Shown: positions 41,414 to 53,331 of the stretch, one piece after another | Layout: the number at the start of each line of letters is the position of its first letter | How positions within the stretch are numbered: position 1 is the first letter of the stretch | Origin: Eledone cirrhosa | Taxonomy: Eukaryota | Assembly (NCBI GenBank): GCA_964016885.1 | Contig: OZ024743.1 | Coordinates: forward strand, 374,542,001 to 374,606,000 | Direction: 5' to 3' | Length of the DNA: 64,000 bases | The notes under the pieces: model-generated | What the model saw: only the letters and a program-made list of their open reading frames with translations | Database searches by the model: none | What the model was told of the DNA's origin: nothing | Made by a program: the position numbers and the translations under genes

Positions 41414-41887
41414 CGTTTCTGAATTTGTTTAGCAAGATTCTTTATCTGAAAACGTGTGTTGAAACCGATATTGTTATACTTGGGGAGAGTCATGTTGCCA
41501 ATAAGAAACACACGCACCAGTTGCTTTCACTTCAATTTATTATAATAAATTTATAAATTTAGGAATTTATAAATTTCCGGTTGGTTGGTTGGTTCCACAA
41601 CCAGATGATTGTTCATATATTGTCAAAGTTCTTTCGTCACACATTCTGTGACCTCTTCAGTGACTGGGGATTCTTTTCTTTGTTTTTGTGCCTCTCCTTT
41701 GTTATGTCCTACGCCATCTTGTTTTTGTGAAAAGAATCCCCAGTCACTGAAGAGGTCACAGAATGTGTGACGAAAGAACTTTGACAATATATGAACAATC
41801 ATCTGGTTGTGGAACCAACCAACCAACCGGAAATTTATAAATTCCTAAATTTATAAATTTATTATAATAAATTGAAGTGAAAGCAAC
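41410..41887. mobile_element. Fold-back solo pLTR of Penelope-like element 2
   Basis: 41410-41727 matches 21923-22225, and 41729-41887 is its inverted partial copy. Both arms carry the hammerhead. Confidence 0.9.
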
Positions 41888-42212
41888 GGGTGTGTGTGTG
41901 TTTATCTGTGTATGTATGTCTTTGTATGTGTGTGTTTATCTCTCTATGTCTGTCTTCGTATATGTGTGTTTATTTGTGTATATCTGTGTGTGTACGTGTG
42001 TCTTTGTCTGCTTGGTTGTTTGTAAGTAAATAGCACAATATTTTAAAATCTAGCTTCGATTGTCCATTTATATGATTAATCTTGAGACTGTTGTTCGTAC
42101 TGATAATGATGATGATGACGACATAGGTCACAATGATAATGTCTACAGTGGTGATTGTTCGAAAAAACAACACCTGTTATGATTTTGGCTTACACACACA
42201 TATATGTGCGTG

Positions 42213-42259
<47 letters not shown>

Positions 42260-42274
42260 TTTGAATTTGTTTGG

Positions 42275-42337
<63 letters not shown>

Positions 42338-43059
42338 GCATATATACTATACAAACACACACAAACACACACACACACACACACGCACACACATACACAT
42401 TCACACACATTTATATTGTAGATAATGTGAGATAATTTTATGGTGAAGATTAAAAAGAATATAAATATTTATTTCCTTCAATTTAAATAGCAATGATTTA
42501 AAATTTTTCAAACCCGAATATATATCTAAATCGGCTGTTAAATATTTATATAGAAAGAGCTTACTCTTTGTAATAAAAATTGAAACGAATATATTCAACA
42601 TATGTAAAAATTCTAAAGGCAATCGAATTAAAAGTTCCCATAAAATGAAGAAGAATAAACGGAAAACCAAAATCTCCCCCCAGAAAGAAATCGATATAAT
42701 ACAAATGTAATATTTCTAGAATATATATAAAATAAATATCGAAACAAACAAACACAAGAACCAAATAATCAAAGAAACAATGACATATATTTTTAAATGT
42801 TACTAAATATAATACTACTTGTTGGCATTAACAAAATGGGTGTGTTTACAATGGATAATCTCTGTCCAGGCCAATATCAATTTTAAATGGAAGAGAATAT
42901 AAGTTTGGATTTGAGATTTTGGTCGGATGTAATATAATCCTTGAATTGGAAATATTGGAATGAATCTTTATCGAGATAATTCTTTCGTCATCTGCTCTGG
43001 TTATTGTTTTTATTAACTTCTTTTGTTTTTTTGTCAATCGAATTTCATATTTCTGCATT

Positions 43060-43790
43060 CACACACACAAAACACACAAGACTCACAACACTCACAATAC
43101 TCACACACATATTACATACAACACACGCACATACATTACACACACTACACACAACACTCACACACACATTACACACAATACTCACACACATTACACACAA
43201 CACTCACACAATACACACAACACTCACACACACAATACACACAACTCTCACACACACAATACACACAGCACACACACACACACACAATACACACAACACT
43301 CACACACAGATTACATACAACACTCACAGACACATTACACACAACACTCACACACACAACACTCACAATACACACAACACTCACACGCACAATACACACA
43401 ACACTCACACACAATACACACAACACTCACACACACAATACACACAACTCTCACACACACAATACACACAGCACACACACACACACACAATACACTCACA
43501 CACAGATTACACACAACACTCACAGACACATTACACACAACACTCACACACACAACACTCACAATACACACAACACTCACACGCACAATACACACAACAC
43601 TCACACACAATACACACAACACTCACACACACATTACACACAACATTCAGACACACATTACACACAACACTCACAATACACACAACACTCACACGCACAT
43701 TACACACAACACTCACACACACATTACACACAACACTCACACACAATACACACAACACTCACACACACATTACACACAACATTCAGACAC
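43060..43790. repeat. CA-rich compound minisatellite
   Basis: Reiterated ACACACAACACTCACAC / CAATACAC / CATTACAC units. Confidence 0.95.
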
Positions 43791-44925
43791 CCTTCAATAT
43801 CAGTCTATGCTGGTGATCACGTATATTTGTTTTCCAATGTTCCAACGGAACATCAAATTCAAATAAAATAACAAATAACAGAAACTTATAAAAATCAAAT
43901 AAATAGATGTTTCCATCTCTCCCAATGAGAATTGTCCATTTTATTTTTACTTCATAAACATTCCAACGTTACTAGAAATAAATGTTTTGGTTTTATTCTT
44001 TTGTTTAATTTCGATGTAGAAAAATTCGTTGTACGTTTTTTTTTGTGTGTGTGTGTGTGTGTGTGTGTTTTTGTGTGTGTTTAAAGAAATGAACAAAAAT
44101 CTTTAACGCAATCTATCATCAAAGTAGTCAGTATAAAGAAAGAAATAGAATCGTTTTTATTTATTTTGTTTTTCAAATATCTTAATTTTTGCATCAAAGC
44201 AAAAAATGAAAGGCAAACTCCTTTCTGTTGGCAGCCAGATTTGTGAAATTTAACATTTATTACTTAATTTTTATATATTTATTGCTGCAGAATACTGTTG
44301 ACTAACAGAAGATTGGGAAAGTTGAATCGATGCTCTCTTTTCTTGTCACATATGTTGGCATTAAAAAGAAGATGTCTCTACCTACAAGAAATAGCAGCCA
44401 AATCACCCTCAAATGAGGCAAAGAAAGAGTGGCTATGGTCATAGGTATATTGACAGAGGTGACACGGAATACAAGAGATACGGGTTATGTTTACCTGTAG
44501 ACGAGTCTGTCCACATTTTCTGTTTCTAAGGATAACTTACCCAATTTTCTCAACTATCATTTATAGTGAACTATTGTTATTGCAATTATTTTCTGCTTTA
44601 GGGACTCACATATTTCCATACTGCACCTATTTTATATTAATAAAACACAGATAACTAACATCCAACAAGATTTCGATGTTTATCCAAACTCTCTGAATAA
44701 ATAATGATTTCTTATTTAGGCTCAACGTCAAATCGAGTGTCTGGTTCTTTCTTTTATCGACACCGAAAGGATGCAAGGTAAACTTAACCTCAGTGGTATT
44801 TGAACCCAGAATGTAAAGACCCAAAACAAATGCTGCAAAGCATTTTGTCAGACACTCTAACGATTCTGCTAAACCATCGCCCTAACTTACCGAATAATTG
44901 TTAGTATAATTTAGGCACAAGAAGA

Positions 44926-45138
44926 GGGCGGTGGATTGGCAGTATCGGTAGAAGGTCGGACAACATGTTTTGCAGAATTAGTGACGGCCCTTTATGATCT
45001 GAGTTCAAATCCTGCCGAGTTTAACTTTGCCTTTCATCCTTAGGGGATTGATAAAATAAAGTACCAGTAACGCACTGGGTCGATTTAATCGACTTTCCCC
45101 TACCCCGGAATTGCTGGCCTTGTGTCTATATAAGAAAC
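44926..45138 (+). mobile_element. SINE family A, full-length copy, with decayed minus-strand relatives at ~44745-44880 and ~45310-45440
   Basis: tRNA-like head with A and B boxes, central GCCTTTCATCC...GATAAAATAAAGTACCAG domain and tail TTGCTGGCCTTGTG. Confidence 0.88.
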
Positions 45139-45516
45139 CACAATTTAGGTACAAGAAACATGCATAACAGGATTTTCAAATCCTTCTAATGCGTAAATGT
45201 TGATTTCTAATTCAAGTAGAACGCTAAGTTTTTGTTGTTGGTCTCTTTTTTGTTGTTGTTGACGGAGAGTATTGTTGCTTCAATCAAATCAAGTACATGA
45301 TTATTGCGTTATATTATCGACCCCCGAAGGATGTATGTCAAGGTTGACCTCGTTGTGATTTTCACTCAGAACATAAAGAGCCGGAAAAATACTCCAAAGC
45401 ATTTGTGCGATGCTCTAACGATTCTACCAATCCACCACAATTCTGCGTATTAACAAACCTGTGAAATCATGCGAACTGATAATATTTATATAATTAATCT
45501 CCTTTCTTCTTTTTAG

Positions 45517-45740
45517 GATTTCTCGATGAATTTTATCATCACGCAAAAATGGAATGACCCACGATTAAAATTTTCGACGGGTACAGATGAAAATCTGGAA
45601 CTGGATACAAAGTTTATGGATCGCATCTGGGTACCGGATTTATATTTTGCTAACGAAAAGGAAGCCAATTTTCATAATGTAACAGTACCAAACCGTATGA
45701 TGCACCTTCATTGTGACGGCACAGTTCAATATAGAGTAAG
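45517..45740 (+). CDS. Internal exon of an anion-channel-type Cys-loop ligand-gated ion channel subunit (GlyR/GluCl/GABA-A-like), extracellular domain
   Basis: Polypyrimidine tract + AG (45515-16) and AG|GTAAGA donor (45741). Translates DFSMNFIITQKWNDPRLKF...DRIWVPDLYFANEKEANFHNVTVPNRMMHLHCDGTVQYRV, containing the WND and WxPD motifs. The 224-nt size and phase match the equivalent GlyR-family exon. Confidence 0.95.
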
Positions 45741-45974
45741 GTAAGACTATCAAACATTATTGTCTCGTACGTAATCGCAAACATGGTTGTGTGGCTAAAG
45801 CTTTTCTTTCAGACCCTCATGATTTTAAGTTCAGTCTCTCTGCCTGGTACCTTGGGAAAATGTCTTATGAGTGAAGTTTAATAGACTTTAGCCATGTGGA
45901 AGTTGTGTACACACATAAATATATATATATTATTTCAAAATATTAATAAATATAGACATTCATGTGATCAAATA

Positions 45975-46040
45975 TATTTTATTATATATATTTCAGAGGT
46001 ACTGTGCTGTTTCATCAGTACGTCCTCATCAGATAAAATA
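45975..46040 (-). ncRNA. Type I hammerhead ribozyme motif
   Basis: TATTTTAT-CTGATGA-GGACGTACTG..CAGTACCTCT-GAAA-TATATA-TA-ATAAAATA, with an 8-bp stem I. Confidence 0.78.
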
Positions 46041-46095
46041 AATTGATGTCTGACATACCTCAACTGTGCTAATGGTTCAATTCCAGTCTTGGCAG

Positions 46096-46143
<48 letters not shown>

Positions 46144-46250
46144 TTGTGAGCGTGTTTTCAATAATGTCACTTTGACGAATCAAAGAAACGAAAAAAAAAA
46201 AGAAAAACAAACTCTAAAATATATTTTCCGTGCTCTTTCCAGCTTCACCC

Positions 46251-46335
<85 letters not shown>

Positions 46336-46755
46336 TTTGTTTTGCAAGGTTTTTGATATGAAATCGTGTGTTCTGTTATTATTTTTACAACAATATGACA
46401 CTCCCCAAGTATAAGAATATAAATATATATATAAAATGTTTAAGAAACACCGTATGTCACGGTGGCACTCGTACGATCCCAGCAATAGTTAAGTGCCCAT
46501 GGTCCATGAACAGATATATATATATGTGTGCGTGTGTGTGTGTGTCTGTGTGTTTGTATAGGTATGTGTGTATGTATGTACGTATGTGTGTGTGTGTGTG
46601 TATTTGTGCGACTGTATTTGCGTTTACAACAGTCGCTTAACAACAGATTCTGTTTGTGTATGTCCACTATTTTACCCGATTTTCTAAGCTAATTTTATAG
46701 CATTCAATTTTGTTCACTGATATTATCTGCGTTTGAGATATTCTACATTTACTAA

Positions 46756-46838
<83 letters not shown>

Positions 46839-47015
46839 ATATATGATATATATATATATATAGATTTATAACGAAAGATTAATATGGTTCATTGATTACT
46901 CAATGAATACAGTTTTACAATAGATTAAAAGCACTCAACAGTGAAATATTCCTGCAGTTTTAATATTATTCAAAATATTAACAAATGAAGATATTCACAT
47001 AATCAAAATATATGC

Positions 47016-47078
47016 TTTATTATATATATTTCGAAGGTACTGTGATGCTTTTTTTCCAGTACGTCCTCGTCAGATAAA
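47016..47078 (-). ncRNA. Second, diverged copy of the 45975 hammerhead
   Basis: TTTAT-CTGACGA-GGACGTACTG..CAGTACCTTC-GAAA-TATATA-TA-ATAAA. Flanks (46960-47140) are homologous to 45925-46100. Confidence 0.75.
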
Positions 47079-47927
47079 ATATATGATTTGATATATGACA
47101 TACCTCTACGGTCTTGATATTTCAATTCCAGTATTGGCATATATATATTTATATATATATATGTGTGTTTGTGTATCTGTGTGTACATACATACATACAT
47201 TGGGATGGACTGGACTTAACCTTTGCTCTTGGAACTCTGCTGCTGGTGATCGAACTTTGTGGAGAGAGATATCACATGTTAATGCGCAGCCTGCAACTAG
47301 CGGAGTTTAGCGTCACAAGATATATATATATTATACATTCACAAATAGATAGACAGATTATCGATAGTTAGATAGATAGATAGATGTAACACTGTTGGCA
47401 GAGAACGCTGATATTTGGCATAAACCTTGTATTTGAATATATCCCCACCTTGCTTGTTTTACCTTCAATTGTGTTGCACGAATGCTAAATAAAAATTTTG
47501 GAACGTTTTTGACAACCTGAATCTGTTCATCTGTAACAGACGGGCAAAAACTGCCGTGCAGTTATTATAATATATATTCCCATCTGATTCATATCTATGA
47601 CATCATTACTGACCTGTCAAACTGGAATTATGAGAAGAAATTTAGAAATATCTTAATGCCACAATGATATCCAGAGTATATATATAATAATCTCAGTTGA
47701 ATATGATATCATAGAATGATAATATATGAGATTGTGAAATGTAGAGATCAGTGGAAATCTACTTTGTATTTCTATATTGAGAAAGCAGCAGAGAAATGTC
47801 AAATTCGTTAGAACGTCATATAGAATACTTTGTGATATTCGTTCCGGCTCTCCATATTCTCTGAGTTGAAATAACGCCGAGGTATCTTTATACTTTCATC
47901 CTTATGTGTTCGTCTTCCTCTATAGCC

Positions 47928-47929
<2 letters not shown>

Positions 47930-47960
<31 letters not shown>

Positions 47961-48093
47961 TCTTTCTCTCTCTCTTTCTCTTTCTGTCTCACTCTCTTTC
48001 TCTCTCTTTCTGTCTCACTCTCTCTTTCTCTTTCTGTCTCTCTCTCTTTCTTCCCCTCTCTCTCTCTCTATTTCTCTCTCTCTCTCTCTTTCT

Positions 48094-48133
<40 letters not shown>

Positions 48134-48138
48134 CCCCC

Positions 48139-48170
<32 letters not shown>

Positions 48171-48390
48171 ATTTCTGTCTCTCTCTCTCTTACTGTATCT
48201 CTCTTTCTCTTTCTGTCTCTCTCTCTCTTTCTATTTCTGTCTCTCTCTTTCTTTCTCCCCCTCTCTCTCTTTCTCTCTCTTCCACCTCTCTCTTTCTGTC
48301 TTTCGCTCTTTCTGTTTCGCTCTCTTTTTCTCTCTCTTTCTGTCTCTCTATCTTTCTCCCTCTCTCAATCCTCTCTATCCCCCCCCCCCC
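47930..48390. repeat. CT-rich microsatellite block
   Basis: Directly visible polypyrimidine (CT)n/(CTTT)n tract. Confidence 0.95.
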
Positions 48391-48697
48391 GCATCGGAGA
48401 AATTTCCAGTTACATGAAAATTTGGAAAATGTCTGTCGGAGCAACGCCAAGGAAGGAATAAATAAAATACTTTAGTTTCCTTTCCTCAAGCTTCTGAGCC
48501 AGTTTGGGTGTTGGTTGAGATATTCTATGATGTCAACTTGTTCCCGCCCCACTCTAACTGTCTCTCTCTCACTGTCTCTGAAGAAATCGGCTGTGTTCAG
48601 ACCTCGAGAGGGGATGTACTCCGTCGGTTTAAAATGCCCATGATACGGTGAATGTAGCGGTGGTGACCCTATTACTCAATCAGGAATTACGTGTTTA

Positions 48698-48775
48698 TAC
48701 GAGGGTCGCCTGAAAAATTCATAGGCTGACTAAGATACTCTCATGGAATGACCAAATGAGATATATTTTTCAACA
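48698..48775 (+). mobile_element. Left end of a mariner-type MITE
   Basis: TA|CGAGGGTCGCCTGAAAAATTCATAGGCTG, and it shares CTCTCATGGAATGACCAAATGAG with 57091-57306. Confidence 0.65.
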
Positions 48776-49499
48776 ACGACTACAGCAGCAACAACATCAA
48801 CGACGACTACATCACTAACAACAAAACAATAAAAGCAACAACAGCAACAACATCAACAACAGTAACAACAACAACAACATCATCAGCAACAACTACATCA
48901 CCAACGAAAACACAAACAACACCAACAACAAAAGCAACAACAACAACAACAACAAAGGCTACAACTACAACAACAAAAAAGCAACAACAGCAACACAAAC
49001 AACAACAATATCAACAACAACAACAACAACAACATCATCAGCAACAACTACATCACCAACGAAAACACAAACAACACCAACAACAAAAGCAACAACAACA
49101 ACAACAACAAAGGCTACAACTACAACAACAAAAAAGCAACAACAGCAACACAAACAACAACAATATCAACAACAACAACAACAACAACATCATCAGCAAC
49201 AACTACATCACCAACGAAAACACAAACAACACCAACAACAAAAGCAACAACAACAACAAAAACAAAGGCTACAACTACAACAACAAAAAAGCAACAACAG
49301 CAACACAAACAACAACAATATCAACAACAACATCATCAACAACATCATCAACAACAAGTACATCACCAACGAAAACACAAACAAAACCAACAACAAAAGC
49401 AACAGCAACACAAACAACAACAATATCAACAACAACAACAACAACAATATCAACAACAACAACAACAACAACAACAACATCATCATCAACAACAATATC

Positions 49500-49530
<31 letters not shown>

Positions 49531-49727
49531 TCATCAACAACAACTACATCACCAACAACATCAACAACAAAAGCAACAACAACAACAACGAAAGCAGCAG
49601 CAGCAACAACAACAACAACAAAAGCAACAACAACAACAGTACCACCACCACCAATAACAACAACAGCACCACCACCACCAACAACAACACAAACAACATC
49701 AACAACATCAACAACAGCAACGACAGC
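48776..49727. repeat. (CAA)n-derived minisatellite with a 155-bp higher-order unit
   Basis: The unit containing AAAGGCTACAACTACAAC recurs at ~48955, ~49110 and ~49265. Confidence 0.93.
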
Positions 49728-49851
49728 TAACTAACCGTATGGTCGTAACTCTTACGTTCTTGATTTAATCTGTTAGAAATATGTTAAATTAATTCCCCCT
49801 TGTAACAAGAGCAAAACAGCTAATTTTCTCTTCTTTTTCTCTGCTTCACAG

Positions 49852-49934
49852 ACTAACTATGACTGCCACATGTCCAATGAAACTGGAAAAGTTCCCACTT
49901 GATGTACAAACCTGCTCAATATTTATAAAAAGCT
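49852..49934 (+). CDS. Next exon of the same receptor, encoding the Cys-loop
   Basis: CAG acceptor (49849-51) and GTAAGT donor (49935). Splices in frame to the previous exon (AG|A = Arg), giving RLTMTATCPMKLEKFPLDVQTCSIFIKS with the C-x13-C/FPxD signature. 83 nt, as in GlyR/GABA-A genes. Confidence 0.95.
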
Positions 49935-50127
49935 GTAAGTGTGGAGAGTCTTTTTTTTCTATTTGTTTATTTCTTTGTTTATTTCTTTCTTTGTTTATTT
50001 CTTTCTTTATTTATTTGTTTATTTGAAACATAATTGGAAATCTGCCTAATTCCTTCTAATTGCTTGTAATATCATACTTCTCAGTCTTATTTGGGTTTAT
50101 TTGTTGTTTTCTCTCTCTCTCTCTCTC

Positions 50128-50187
<60 letters not shown>

Positions 50188-50285
50188 TCTCTCTCTTTAT
50201 ATATATATATATTTATTAAAATAACAGATTAAAGTTTAAGCAAAGAATCGCTGCTTTCACCCTTAACGGGATCTTTGGATTTTAG

Positions 50286-50344
<59 letters not shown>

Positions 50345-50386
50345 CGTTTATGCGTGTGTGGGCATATGTATGTGTGCGTGCATATG

Positions 50387-50451
<65 letters not shown>

Positions 50452-51432
50452 ATATATATATATATACATATATGTGTATATATATACATATATCTGTGTA
50501 TATAATCACCTATTGGCATCCCTACCCTCACATAGAAATACATACACGCACACACAAAAGCAGTGCATGTACACAGAGGTACACAAATGAGTGTGCCAAC
50601 TATAGTATCTGTTTAAAGTAAAAATGGGAAGAAAAAAATGGAAGAAACAATAAAATAGTTATAGTGGATAAGGTGATGTGGTATACTGTTGATGGCGATG
50701 GTGTTGGGAATGAGAATGAGCAAGCAAGATGGGGACAATGTTTAGCATGAGATTACAAAAATCTTACTAAATACTACGTGACACAAGAGATTACATGAAA
50801 GAGATTTGCTGCGAACAGCTGTCAAATCCAGAAGCGACCGGATCAGAGACAAAGACACAAGGCAGATGGTTGGTGCCATACCTATCACCCGCTTTGTAGC
50901 TTGACGACGAGTAAAAAGGGTTTTTGGTCACCCGACAACCATAGCAATTCGTCATACAGCCCTGCGGTATTATAACACCAAGTGCTCAGGATATCTGAAA
51001 GCTATGTTGATCCTATAAAGGACTTTTGTCTTCTGGCCTCTGAACTATTGATCTCATCTACGATCACTCCGCGGTACTAAATTAAGTGCGTAACACGAAG
51101 CATTCTACGCCAAAAGGATCACCCCAATGAAACATATGGACTATTTTTCTGACGGGCATTAAATTCAACATCTTTTTATGGTATATTCACCTCAAGACTG
51201 GATTCTAGAAAGTTTTTATACCGTTTTATTTTGGGGAGGGAATGGGGACACTGTTTTCGCTTCCCACTACTCACCGTAGGAAACCTTTTTAGGGATACAC
51301 ACGTCTCCTATATCTGAATTACGTGGCCAGTTCATATCATCAGGCTGGAAATCAGCATACAATAATTTGATAAGATTCCTGCTGCTAAAACTACTGTATA
51401 TTTCCAGTAAACTATTTCCAGTTAATCCTAAG

Positions 51433-51530
<98 letters not shown>

Positions 51531-52539
51531 TATATATATATATATACTTGTGCGAATTCGCTATAATACAGATAGTGTATTTGTCTTGTTATAATAGTAA
51601 TAGAAAGAGAGACGTAGATATAAAAGGCAGATCGATTTATAGATATTAACCAGAATTAACAATTCAGATTGAATTACAGAAATGAATATAGATTTCAACC
51701 AAATATGCTTTTCCGTCATGATATTAGAAACAGTGTTAGCACAGCTGTGTCATGTCGCCAAAGATCTGCGATTCTTTCTCCGTGTTTCTGATTTTCTTTT
51801 TCTTGTTTGTTATTAGTTCATATTGTATTTCTTCGCAAAAGTGTCTGCTAAGAACCTTTCTAAATCTTCTTGTAACAGATTGTAGCTGGCATTGAGTAAA
51901 GCTATAGAATTCTGGTTGGGATTTGCTGCCAGGATATTAAGAGCCTCTAATAAGTGAGGAGTGTCAACTATCTCAGATGACCAATTAGGCACATAAATTC
52001 ACATAGAATTTTTCACTAGATGGTAACTGAAAAGTTTGTTCTCTAAAATTACTTTTTAGAGGGATATTTTGATGTGACATTATAGTGAACAATTCAAAAG
52101 CATGACTATGGGGTTAGAGAGTCTGTTTTGAAACTACCTGGCTTTTTGTTCAGTTACACTGAGTTGCACGTTGGGAACGTTCTGTTTAATATATCATCGG
52201 GTTGACCAAACAAACACCCAGACCGATATAAAATCAATTGTATAGGTAAAATATTAATTTCTAATTTATGCACAAAGCCAAGAAATTTGGTGGCGGGGGA
52301 GGGGGTAAAGTTGATTAAAGCAGCTTGGATATGAGTAGTAGGATGACTGGAAGGACGAAAAGTAAAGTTAACCTTTTCTGGATTTGAACACGGAATGTAA
52401 AGGCCCATCATTTACCGTTCAGTTGGTTTATACACCTCGTTATTATTTGATTATATTTATTTTGTCAAAGTTACCGCAAGATCTAATTCAATTTTCATTT
52501 TTCTAAACATACGTGCTTTATATATATATCTATATATAT

Positions 52540-52737
52540 AACGAAGGAAATGTGGTAAGGAACCAGGTGGACCATAACGCACCAAAGTACTCAATACTTA
52601 GGGTAGTAGAGTGGGTAATAGGAACGAATAGGACCCCGACGGCTGAGCTCAAGCCGTTTCGACGGCTAATTCTGTGTCCAGAATTAGCCGTCGAAACGGC
52701 TTGAGTTCAGCCGTCGGGGTCCTACTCGTTCCTATTA
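52540..52737. repeat. Family F fold-back copy
   Basis: Long arm AACGAAGGAAATG...GCTAATTCTG, loop TGTC, then short inverted arm CAGAATTAGCC...TTCCTATTA. Confidence 0.9.
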
Positions 52738-52843
52738 TCTATCTATCTATATATATATATATAATGTGGCTAATAATAAATATTACTCAGTTACAAGCAT
52801 GAAAATAGTTCGATGTAAAATAACAAGTATACTAGAGTGTCGA

Positions 52844-52990
52844 AATACAATGTAAATGACAATCAAAGTGTGTTTAAGACATTTAATCACTTAATCATTT
52901 AATCTACTACGATGAATCGGCCTTGTGCTAGGATGAAACGATCGTAAGTGATTAAATGTTTTAAACACTCTTTGATTGTCATTTACATTG

Positions 52991-52994
<4 letters not shown>
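52844..52994 (+). repeat. Fold-back with ~50-bp arms around a degenerate hammerhead
   Basis: Arms AATACAATGTAAATGACAATCAAAG.../...CTTTGATTGTCATTTACATTGTATT. The spacer has ACGATGA-ATC...GAT-GAAA-CGATCG-TA. Confidence 0.75.
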
Positions 52995-53054
<60 letters not shown>

Positions 53055-53331
53055 AGAGAGAGGGGGAGAGGGGGGAAAGGGTTGCTTCATTTACGTGCTT
53101 GTCTTCGCCTTTATTGTTTGATTATGTCCCGTAACCTTGTAGTTCAACAAACGAAGTTCGCTAAAATAAGTCTAAAATGATGATGCATTTCTTTTAATAT
53201 GATCGACTAAATCCCTTCAAGGTTGTGTCACGGCATGGCCGCAGTAATTTCAGTGGAAAAAGTAAAAGAATAAATGAATATATACAAATATATATTATTA
53301 TCATATATACAATATATACATATATATATAT

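Noticed and set aside
44926-45015. tRNA genes at SINE heads
   Set aside because: A/B boxes run directly into SINE body sequence and no complete cloverleaf forms.
45517-49934. Possible cephalopod chemotactile receptor or nAChR, or a specific gene symbol
   Set aside because: Motifs (FANEK.A.FH.VT, 224/83-nt exons) are of the GlyR/GluCl/GABA-A branch, and two exons are too little to assign orthology.
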